Source: an uncultured archaeon (GTDB lineage Archaea > Asgardarchaeota > Thorarchaeia > Thorarchaeales > Thorarchaeaceae). From it: DNA of 40,569 bases. Positions 1 to 7,709 of this stretch are shown one piece after another; the first letter of the stretch is position 1, and the number at the start of each line of letters is the position of its first letter. The notes under the pieces are model-generated. The model was not told the origin of the DNA, made no database searches, and saw only the letters and a program-made list of their open reading frames with translations. Location of the stretch: assembly GCA_964458565.1 (NCBI GenBank), contig CAYWJO010000021.1, forward strand, positions 1 to 40,569, written 5' to 3'. Made by a program: the position numbers and the translations under genes.

Positions 1-2
1 TG

Positions 3-1835
3 TTTACAAATACGTCGTCATCGACCTACTACCGAATTGACTCCTTTGGTGATAACGGCGTGTGGCAACATGCACAGATTGACATATCCGAGTATGTCAT
101 TGATGCAAAGCTCAGAGATATGGCTCTGTTAGAGGTACAATTCTACGTCCTAGATTCTTGTGACAGGTCTCAACTTTTAATCGACAACTTTCAACTGATT
201 ACATATCCAACAGGAGACCCTGGATTCGAGAAGGAGTGGTTCTCCTCCTCAAGCTCACCTTTTGCTGGATGGCTGACATGGAATGGGGAAACTGGTGTAA
301 TCAGTAAAGCAATTGACCCTCTTGAAGGAGTCTGGGCATTGAATCTCACAGTTGTTGGAACTGATAGTGCAGGTGTCTATAGAAACACGTGGATTGATGT
401 TCATCCCCATGATTTCACGAATTTCTCGTGGCGCCTTGATGAGATGGGTTCAACGATTTCATATGTTGATATCGAACTGCGTTTTGAAGGAAATAACCAT
501 CTTAGTTACATACTTGGATCACACCCGGGTTATAGTCCGACTAACGTTTCTAATTACAAGTATGTATTCGCAGATGAATACAATATCCTAGACACTTGGA
601 ATCAGTTAATCGTAAATATCACAGCTGACTATGAGGAAGCATTTGGTGCTTCGCCTGATATCATCATTAATCGCATTGTAATTGACTCATACGCAGTTGC
701 TGGTAACAGGGTTTCAGTCCTTTTAGATGAGATCCACTTTGCAGATGGTGGTGTACCTATTGTTGATTCAGTTGGCTTTCTACCTGCAGTTCCAATGTAT
801 TACGAGTCAGTTGAAGTTACAATAAATGCTCATGATGATAGATCTGGAATTAGGCAAATTTACGTGGACTATTTTGATGGAACCAGTTGGTTTGGTGTCC
901 CTGCTAGTGATATGGGCGGATATTACATCGCAACGCTTCCTGCTCAACCATACAACACTCAAATAGAGTTCCAAATATCTGTCACCGATAATGGTGGTCA
1001 AAATACTATTGATGATAACGGTGGTCTCTTTTATTCATATATCGTTGATGATATCATTAATCCAACAATGAGCATCGACACACCCATAGATCTTGCTTAT
1101 GTTGAAGGACTTGTTCAGATCAATGTGACGGCTGAAGATGAAGGGGCTGGTGTTGATTTCGTTGATTTCAGAATCGATGGTTTCTCAGAGGATAACATAT
1201 CATCTTTACCGTATTTCTATGAATGGCAAACCGACGTAGTTGAGCTTGGTCTACATGAAATTGAGGTCATTGCGTATGATTTCGCTGGGAATATATTAAG
1301 TGATTCAATCAATGTCACAGTTGTTGATACAGTTGCACCTTCTATCAATTCACCCACTGATATTGAGTTCACTGAAGGTGAAATGGGCTATTATATTCTG
1401 TGGGAACCTCAAGATATACGACCCAGTAGTTATCAACTCTACGTGAATGATGTGCTGACTCACTCAGGTGGTTGGAACTCTTCCTCAGAGAAATTCAATA
1501 TATCTCTCGATGGGTTAACACAGATGGTATACAATTATACACTTGTAGTAATCGATGAAGGTATGAACAAAATTACTGACACTGTAATAGTTACAGTTAC
1601 TGAACCTGTGTATACAACTACTACCACAACGACGACATCCACCACAACAACAACTCCAGTGACGACGCCTACTTCACCAATTACAACTCCATCGTTAACT
1701 ACAACGACCACCACCACAACAACACCTTCTGGTATAGATCTGGATCTGATACTCCTCATTCTTATATTGGCAATATTCAGCATTGTCATTCTATCAGCTG
1801 CATTCATTGTTTCACGTGGTCGTGGTAGGTCTTGA
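3..1835 (+). CDS. Large membrane-anchored cell-surface protein with Ig-like/beta-sandwich domains, Thr-rich linker and C-terminal TM anchor (5'-partial)
   Basis: The frame is open from position 3 (FTNTSSSTYYRIDSFGDNGVW...), so the gene starts left of the window. It has acidic beta-rich domains (Ig-like VIAYDFAGN), a poly-Thr/Pro linker at about 1612-1727, a hydrophobic helix and a basic tail (RGRGRS). Confidence 0.85.
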   Translation, partial: FTNTSSSTYYRIDSFGDNGVWQHAQIDISEYVIDAKLRDMALLEVQFYVLDSCDRSQLLIDNFQLITYPTGDPGFEKEWFSSSSSPFAGWLTWNGETGVISKAIDPLEGVWALNLTVVGTDSAGVYRNTWIDVHPHDFTNFSWRLDEMGSTISYVDIELRFEGNNHLSYILGSHPGYSPTNVSNYKYVFADEYNILDTWNQLIVNITADYEEAFGASPDIIINRIVIDSYAVAGNRVSVLLDEIHFADGGVPIVDSVGFLPAVPMYYESVEVTINAHDDRSGIRQIYVDYFDGTSWFGVPASDMGGYYIATLPAQPYNTQIEFQISVTDNGGQNTIDDNGGLFYSYIVDDIINPTMSIDTPIDLAYVEGLVQINVTAEDEGAGVDFVDFRIDGFSEDNISSLPYFYEWQTDVVELGLHEIEVIAYDFAGNILSDSINVTVVDTVAPSINSPTDIEFTEGEMGYYILWEPQDIRPSSYQLYVNDVLTHSGGWNSSSEKFNISLDGLTQMVYNYTLVVIDEGMNKITDTVIVTVTEPVYTTTTTTTTSTTTTTPVTTPTSPITTPSLTTTTTTTTTPSGIDLDLILLILILAIFSIVILSAAFIVSRGRGRS

Positions 1836-1860
1836 GTTTACGGAGATGAAACCATAGGGA

Positions 1861-1900
1861 CACTCTCAGATTAAAACTGCGAGAGTGCACCCTTCTTTCT
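1861..1900 (+). terminator. Hairpin plus pyrimidine tract after the surface-protein gene (overlaps repeat copy 1)
   Basis: CACTCTC (1861-1867) pairs with GAGAGTG (1881-1887) and is followed by CACCCTTCTTTCT. Confidence 0.45.
1870..1900. repeat. 31-bp direct repeat, copy 1 (copy of the ABC permease 3' end)
   Basis: ATTAAAACTGCGAGAGTGCACCCTTCTTTCT is 30/31 identical to 3668-3698. On the minus strand it reads RKKGALSQF*. Confidence 0.9.
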
Positions 1901-1992
1901 GAAACATATTCAGTTCATTTGAAAAACAATTAATATTTGATTCTAACGAATATTAATAAGAGGAATTGAATATTAGGGTGAAGGGGATTGAT

Positions 1993-3300
1993 ATGAAGCG
2001 AAATAGAGCTATGATTCTCATTGGGATTATTGTTGTAGCCTCTATCTCTCTACTAGTGATAAATCAAGTAGCGAGATGGCGTCATGAAGCAATCATGATT
2101 GATGGCAATCAGGATTTTGTAGAACAAGGTTGGCCAGGGCGTGGAACTGTTGAAAACCCGTATGTTATCTCAGGATTATACATAACAGCAGGTTACATTG
2201 TTGTGGAAGATGGTAGAGAACATTCATATTTTCATGAAGCTGGTCTAATCATAAACAACACTGATGCACATTTCGTTATCCAATATTGTTTCATTTCAGG
2301 TCCAACATGCGTAATACTCGAAAATGTAGAAAATGGTGTTATCAGGTTTTGTGAAACCAGCACTCCAACACTTACAGGTTTTGATGATTATGCAATTAGG
2401 GGTTATAACATTCATAACTGTTCAATAGAGAATAATGTGTTTGGCAATAGCTTGGAGTATTCTATAATGTTAGTAGATGGCAGCAGCAATACGGTATCGA
2501 GTAATACCATTTTTTTCAATCCGCTTATTACATTCCCTAGGTCCAAGGCAGGTATATACATCTATAACCAATCTCTTGTTAATTGCAGATCTAACGTAAT
2601 TAGCAACTGTGACAAGGGTATTGCATTAGGAGGATGTTCTGGGAGTATAGATCATCATTGGATATCAGATAACATCATTGACACTTGTCGTACTGGAATT
2701 TCCCTCTATGGATGTTCGAACTTTATTGTATTGCAGAATCATATCCATAATAACACCGCATCTGGAATTTATATCATGGGAGGTCATTTTATTGGAGCTA
2801 GTAACAATACAATATCTTATTGCTCAGGAAATGGTATTACCGTTGATTATGAATCTGAAGACTGTATAATTTCATACAATCAGATTAGCGATAATGAGGG
2901 GAATGGTATTTCATTTAGTGATTTATCTGGTTGCTGGGCAATTAATAATACCATACTTAGAAACGGAGAATCAGGTATGTTTGTTGAGAATTCATATGTC
3001 TGCTGGATTGATGGAAATTTGATTGAGCATAATGATGGCTCAGGTGTAATCTTTGAAACAACTGCGTTCTGTAAAGCCACTAACAATGAGATTACGAACA
3101 ATGATGGCTGGGGAATCGTCATTAATGACTCACCTACGACAGCAGAGTCAAACAACACCTTTAATGGAAATGGACTTGGCAACGTTGGATATAATGTGAC
3201 AATCCCACCTTTAGCTGCAAACTCACACCAAATCTATAACGCCACTTCAAGTTCAGACCGCATATTCGTGGAATACATCGCAAAGATAGTTTCGCTATAA
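1993..3300 (+). CDS. Right-handed parallel beta-helix (NosD/CASH-like) protein with N-terminal signal/anchor
   Basis: The ATG at 1993 gives MKRNR followed by a hydrophobic segment. It has a GWPGRGTVENPYVI motif and many N-x-I-x-x-N...GI beta-helix repeats. Confidence 0.85.
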   Translation: MKRNRAMILIGIIVVASISLLVINQVARWRHEAIMIDGNQDFVEQGWPGRGTVENPYVISGLYITAGYIVVEDGREHSYFHEAGLIINNTDAHFVIQYCFISGPTCVILENVENGVIRFCETSTPTLTGFDDYAIRGYNIHNCSIENNVFGNSLEYSIMLVDGSSNTVSSNTIFFNPLITFPRSKAGIYIYNQSLVNCRSNVISNCDKGIALGGCSGSIDHHWISDNIIDTCRTGISLYGCSNFIVLQNHIHNNTASGIYIMGGHFIGASNNTISYCSGNGITVDYESEDCIISYNQISDNEGNGISFSDLSGCWAINNTILRNGESGMFVENSYVCWIDGNLIEHNDGSGVIFETTAFCKATNNEITNNDGWGIVINDSPTTAESNNTFNGNGLGNVGYNVTIPPLAANSHQIYNATSSSDRIFVEYIAKIVSL

Positions 3301-3326
3301 TAGAACTCATAATTGCGCTAAATTTC

Positions 3327-3617
3327 AGCAGTAACTCAGTATCCTGAAACTCGGATAGTGGAATATGGATGGGATCATCTTCCACCGATTGTATATTATC
3401 CTTCAATGATATCAACAACAATGGATGCTCTGGAATTACCCTTTATTGGTCTGACCCATGTGAAGTTCTCTCAAATAACATAAGGAATAATGATGGATGG
3501 GGATTGATTATCAAAGGAGAAAATAATGCCATACTGACTGACAACGCGTTTTCTGGAAATACGGAATGCAACATAGGATACAATATTTCTTCTACTCTCA
3601 GTTTTCCTCTGACATAG
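3327..3617 (+). pseudogene. C-terminal remnant of a second beta-helix paralog
   Basis: SSNSVS*NSDSGIWMG...DCILSFNDI...NNDGWGLII...NAFSGN...NIGYNI aligns by eye with SNNTISYCSGNGI...DCIISYNQI...NNDGWGIVI...NTFNGN...NVGYNV of the upstream gene. There is an in-frame TGA at 3345-3347 and no N-terminus. Confidence 0.7.
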
Positions 3618-3667
3618 CACATCATCCGAAGACGATGAAAACAAGATGAGGAAAGTTTCTCTCACAA

Positions 3668-3698
3668 ATTAAAACTGTGAGAGTGCACCCTTCTTTCT
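3668..3698. repeat. 31-bp direct repeat, copy 2 (3' end of the ABC permease remnant)
   Basis: ATTAAAACTGTGAGAGTGCACCCTTCTTTCT. It also forms a hairpin, CTCTCACA (3659-3666) with TGTGAGAG (3676-3683). Confidence 0.9.
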
Positions 3699-4007
3699 TA
3701 CATACCTTTCCGTCCTCTTGAATAGAACAATACCAAGGATCAGGAATATCACGTCGACGACTATCAGTGCAAAGACTGCATAGACTGCCCCTGAGAAGGC
3801 CATTCCGTTCATCAGGAATCCCCTGAATCCCTCAACGCTCCAAGTCAATGGTGAAGCAACTGATGCATATTGAAGATATATCGGGAGCGCTGCAATTGGA
3901 TAGGACATGGGAGCGATAAGGAACAATGTGCTCGAGACCATCTCCAGAATCATCCAACCCTGTTTTGCCAGAATGACAACACAGACCACACTCAACACTG
4001 CAAACAC
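3669..4007 (-). pseudogene. ABC-2 type permease, C-terminal fragment (N-terminally truncated)
   Basis: YPIAALPIYLQ...SPLTWSVEGFR is typical of ABC-2 permease C-termini. Only about 100 aa remain, the frame closes upstream at TGA 4044-4046, and no ATPase partner is present. Confidence 0.75.
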
Positions 4008-4146
4008 AACAACAAGCAGTACAACTCCAACTACATCAACAACTCAACCGCCAACTCCTGTAGATACAACGATGATTCTGATAATAGCAGGGGCAGGTGT
4101 TTTTGTCGTGGTTGTTCTTGTTGTAGTATTCTCCAGAAGAAAATGA
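3973..4146 (+). pseudogene. Orphan Thr-rich linker plus TM anchor (C-terminal remnant of a surface protein)
   Basis: TTQTTLNTANTTTSSTTPTTSTTQPPTP-VDTTMILIIAGAGVFVVVVLVVVF-SRRK* has the same architecture as the end of the first CDS but no ectodomain. Confidence 0.7.
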
Positions 4147-4161
4147 TTGATAAAAATCCAT

Positions 4162-4190
4162 AGAGCGGATTTTTCCGCTCTTCCTTTTTT
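4162..4190 (+). terminator. Hairpin plus U-tract terminator
   Basis: AGAGCGGA-TTTT-TCCGCTCT followed by TCCTTTTTT, just after the stop at 4146. Confidence 0.7.
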
Positions 4191-4235
4191 CTTAGGTTCA
4201 AATTCTATTTATTTTGATAATCCTACCTTCTTTCG

Positions 4236-5666
4236 TTACATATATGTCGGTATTGAAATTAGAAATGATGCTCCTTCACTTTTTGTTGAGTTTACTAACT
4301 TAATGGAACCACCAATTGCCTCGAGAATCTGTTTTGATAGATATAATCCATGGCCATGACCTTTCTCTCTTGAGGTAGTTCCTCGCTTGAACAAATTATC
4401 TCTGATTTTATCATCAATTCCTGGACCATCATCACTAATCTGGATTTCAATATTGTTTCCAATTCGGCGAATAGTAACATCGATCTTAACGGATTCACTG
4501 CCAAATACGATAGCGTTTCGGAAAATATTCTCGAAAACAGTTGGTAATAGCCGCCCTGCTTCTATCTCGATATCTTCAATGTTTTTCTCACTGTGAATTT
4601 CGATTGTCATTTTAGGATTCTCTTGTCGAAATTCTTGCGCGATTCGACTAAAAAGATCAACAATCTTTCGCTCGATGTCTTCCGGTGGTTTACTTATGGC
4701 CTTTAGCAAATTAGCCATCCGATTTGCAACTGTATATGCTGAATGAAGCGATTCTTTTGTTGCATCATCTCTTTCGTCACATGTTACCTGAAGACTTTCA
4801 ATTTGACCAAATAGTATCATCAAGTCATTAGCAAGGTCATGACGAATGATTGAAGAGTATATCTCTAATTCACTCTGATATTGCGCTCTAAGTCTCTCAG
4901 CTTCCATTTGAGTTGTGATGTCAAGATGGGTTCCTGATGCTCGGAGAGGTTTTCCTAAATCATCTCTCTCTACGATTCGTCCTCTATCCAATATCCAGCG
5001 ATATTCCCCATCTTTTGTTCTCATCCGAAATCTACTTTCATAAAGATCATTTTCCCCCCTGGCATGAGCTTCCCATTCACCATTCACTCTATCGTAATCA
5101 TTAGGGTGAATTAAGGATTGGAAGAATTCAGGAGTTTGCTCAATCTCTTCCATTGAATAACCCAACATTTCAGCCCAGCGGTTATTGTAAATCATTCTAT
5201 CACTCACGAGATTCCAATCCCAAAGTCCAAGGTCTGCGCCTTTTAACGCAAGATCTAACCGCCTCTCACTCTCTCTCAAAGCCGCCTCATTAAATTTCTC
5301 ATTAGTAATGTCAGTGACTACACCAATTGCGCCGATTATTTTACCCTCTGTATTCTGCCTTGGAGTTGCTGAGACCCTAACGATACGTACTGAGCCATTT
5401 TTGTGATAAATCTCAGTTTCGTAGACAGAGCTTTTTCCCGTTGCCCTTCTCCGCGTCTGTTCTATAACTCTCTTAATTTGATCTTCTCCCATGAAATCTT
5501 TGAGATTCGATCCAATCAATTCAGCAGCATTATATCCAATAATGTCTGCAAAAGCTTGATTGGCGAGTTCGACGGTTTCATCAAGATTTACTAAAGTGAT
5601 TCCAGCAGGCAAAGCCATGAGTGCATCACGGATATCTGCATATTCATCTTGCCCTTCTGGATTCAA
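4236..5666 (-). CDS. Cytoplasmic PAS-PAS sensor histidine kinase
   Basis: Two PAS/PAC domains (GLWDWN; YRWILDRG), H-box RHDLANDL, N-box ENIFRNA, G1 DDGPG and G2 GHGLY. TTG start with a GGTGA RBS. Confidence 0.9.
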   Translation of the reverse strand: MNPEGQDEYADIRDALMALPAGITLVNLDETVELANQAFADIIGYNAAELIGSNLKDFMGEDQIKRVIEQTRRRATGKSSVYETEIYHKNGSVRIVRVSATPRQNTEGKIIGAIGVVTDITNEKFNEAALRESERRLDLALKGADLGLWDWNLVSDRMIYNNRWAEMLGYSMEEIEQTPEFFQSLIHPNDYDRVNGEWEAHARGENDLYESRFRMRTKDGEYRWILDRGRIVERDDLGKPLRASGTHLDITTQMEAERLRAQYQSELEIYSSIIRHDLANDLMILFGQIESLQVTCDERDDATKESLHSAYTVANRMANLLKAISKPPEDIERKIVDLFSRIAQEFRQENPKMTIEIHSEKNIEDIEIEAGRLLPTVFENIFRNAIVFGSESVKIDVTIRRIGNNIEIQISDDGPGIDDKIRDNLFKRGTTSREKGHGHGLYLSKQILEAIGGSIKLVNSTKSEGASFLISIPTYM

Positions 5667-5809
5667 TACTTATCACCAATACTTAACATATACTCGAACG
5701 CACTTGGAAAGTTACCCCTATATAGACTTACCACTTTTGAGAATCCTCATTTCCATAAAATTGTTCGATACCCACAATATATTAAGTGATAGAAAATCGA
5801 TGAACTGCT

Positions 5810-6715
5810 ATGCAAATAACCCCTGACTTTCTTCTCGGTATTGGCAGTGGATTAATAGGAGCCGCATTCTACGGCGTTTCAGTAGTTGTTTATAAATCAC
5901 AAAGCGAAGAAATCAGGCCACTTGCTATTAGTTCGATAAAAATGTGGATCGCATTACCTCTAATGGCTTTGTTAATTTTGCTATCTCTTGGAGCTAATCC
6001 CTTTGGTCTAACACTAACGACAATTTTCCTATTATCTTCATCCATTATTCTTGGTGCAGTAATAGGAGACACAATCTATCTCATCAGTCAAGAGAGAATT
6101 GGGGTGTCCTATGCATTTCCAATTGCAATGTCATTTCCAATTCTTACTTACTTCTTCACGGTGTTTTTGTTGAATGAGCCACTCTCAATAATTCGTTTAG
6201 CAGGAGCATTTATTGCGGTCTTTGGTGTTATTCTCATTTCTCGAGAACAACAGAATGAACAAGATGATAAAGGAGTTCTTCGAAAGTTAGATATCTTTGG
6301 TATTTTCTTAGCTATCATGACATCAGTTCTATATGCGTCCGGTACGACCATTCTACAGGTTGGAGTGCAAGACATTGACCCAGTTACGGGAAATTTTGTG
6401 AGGGTGCTCTTTGGTTCTATAGCATTTGTACCTATAGTAGGACTCGCTAGATATCAAGGAATGCCACTACCTTCTCGTCATGCTACCAAGGTTATAGGAG
6501 TTGCTGCGTTCTTTGGAATGGGAATTGGTTCTCTTCTTTATGTATCAGCAGTCAAACTCGCTGGCGCTGCAGTAATGTCTGTCATATCTTCAACTGCTCC
6601 ACTATTCGCAGTTCCCATCTCAATATTTTCTCTGAAAGAACGACTCACTTCAATTGCTGGAGTTGGAATCCTTCTTACTCTGTGTGGAATTGTGCTAGTA
6701 GTACTAGGGTTTTAG
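5810..6715 (+). CDS. DMT/EamA family transporter
   Basis: About 10 TM segments in two EamA repeats (P..T..F...LLNEPL; PLFA....LKERL). Confidence 0.9.
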   Translation: MQITPDFLLGIGSGLIGAAFYGVSVVVYKSQSEEIRPLAISSIKMWIALPLMALLILLSLGANPFGLTLTTIFLLSSSIILGAVIGDTIYLISQERIGVSYAFPIAMSFPILTYFFTVFLLNEPLSIIRLAGAFIAVFGVILISREQQNEQDDKGVLRKLDIFGIFLAIMTSVLYASGTTILQVGVQDIDPVTGNFVRVLFGSIAFVPIVGLARYQGMPLPSRHATKVIGVAAFFGMGIGSLLYVSAVKLAGAAVMSVISSTAPLFAVPISIFSLKERLTSIAGVGILLTLCGIVLVVLGF

Positions 6716-6717
6716 AT

Positions 6718-7647
6718 TCACTCTGGAGCAGGTTTTAATTCAACATATGTTTCAAAGATATCTGAATTCCTATGTAATTTCACCTTCAGTTTTTCACCGA
6801 CTCTCTTTCTCATTATTTTCTTACGAAGGTCTTCCATTCCCCCAATCTCCGTATCATCAATAGCGACAATAACATCACCCGATTCAATTCCTGCTTTTGA
6901 TGAAGGTCCTCTTGGAACTTCAACTATGAACGCACCCCGATCGACAGATAATCTATAGTGCTGTGCAACGCCTTTATTCAGTGTCACTCCAACAACTCCC
7001 ATCCACGGAGTACTCACAGTTCCAGTTTCTATTAATTCATCGAAGACACTCTTGATTCCGTCTACAGCTAGCGCAAAACCAATACCTTGTGACCATGGTA
7101 TCATTGCTGTAGGGACTCCAATAAGCTTACCTTGAGTATCAACCAAAGCTCCACCAGAATTTCCCGGATTGATTTGAGCTGAGGTTTGTATTAAACCCTC
7201 AAGAAAAGTGTTCCTGCCTTGTATTGTTCGATCAACAGCACTGACCATTCCAAATGTGACAGTAGTTCCAAGCCCAAGAGGATTACCAATAGCGATGGTA
7301 AATTGTCCTACCTTCAATTCCTCGGAATTTCCTAGCTCAATAGGATTGAGGTTCTCAGCTTCAATTTTCAGTATCGCGAGGTCTCTAATCTTAGATATCC
7401 CCACTACCACCGCTTTGAATGTCTTTCCGTCATGGAGGGCAACATCCACATCCCTAGCACCTTCAATCACATGTGCATTAGTTACTATATAACCCGATTC
7501 AGTCAGAATTACGCCTGAGCCTTGACCTTGCACCGGAACGACTCTTGAAAGCTGAGTTCGAGCTAATCTAGTTGTTGATACACTGACTACTGATGGTACC
7601 ACATCTTCTACAACTTTTACGAATGTTTCCTCAAGTTTCTGTGACAA
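6718..7647 (-). CDS. htrA: HtrA/DegP-like trypsin serine protease with one PDZ domain
   Basis: TNAHV (His), DLAILK (Asp) and INPGNSGGAL (Ser), plus a C-terminal PDZ (GIESGDVIVAID). No signal peptide or TM segment. Confidence 0.9.
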   Translation of the reverse strand: MSQKLEETFVKVVEDVVPSVVSVSTTRLARTQLSRVVPVQGQGSGVILTESGYIVTNAHVIEGARDVDVALHDGKTFKAVVVGISKIRDLAILKIEAENLNPIELGNSEELKVGQFTIAIGNPLGLGTTVTFGMVSAVDRTIQGRNTFLEGLIQTSAQINPGNSGGALVDTQGKLIGVPTAMIPWSQGIGFALAVDGIKSVFDELIETGTVSTPWMGVVGVTLNKGVAQHYRLSVDRGAFIVEVPRGPSSKAGIESGDVIVAIDDTEIGGMEDLRKKIMRKRVGEKLKVKLHRNSDIFETYVELKPAPE

Positions 7648-7709
7648 TTAATCTCACTATTAATTAACAATAGTTATACGTTTTTGAATGTACTGAAAGG
7701 GACCTGTAT

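Noticed and set aside
1612-1727. Tandem repeat or CRISPR-like array
   Set aside because: Degenerate ACN codon run with no fixed repeat-spacer period.
1535-1807. Val-rich minus-strand ORF
   Set aside because: Antisense shadow of the poly-Thr linker.
3345-3347. In-frame TGA as selenocysteine, with the downstream hairpin as a SECIS
   Set aside because: The TGA aligns to Tyr, not Cys, in the paralog. The fragment has no start, and the hairpin is explained by the permease 3' end or a terminator.
1870-3698. IS element or provirus
   Set aside because: No transposase, integrase or terminal inverted repeats; only the direct repeat is supported.
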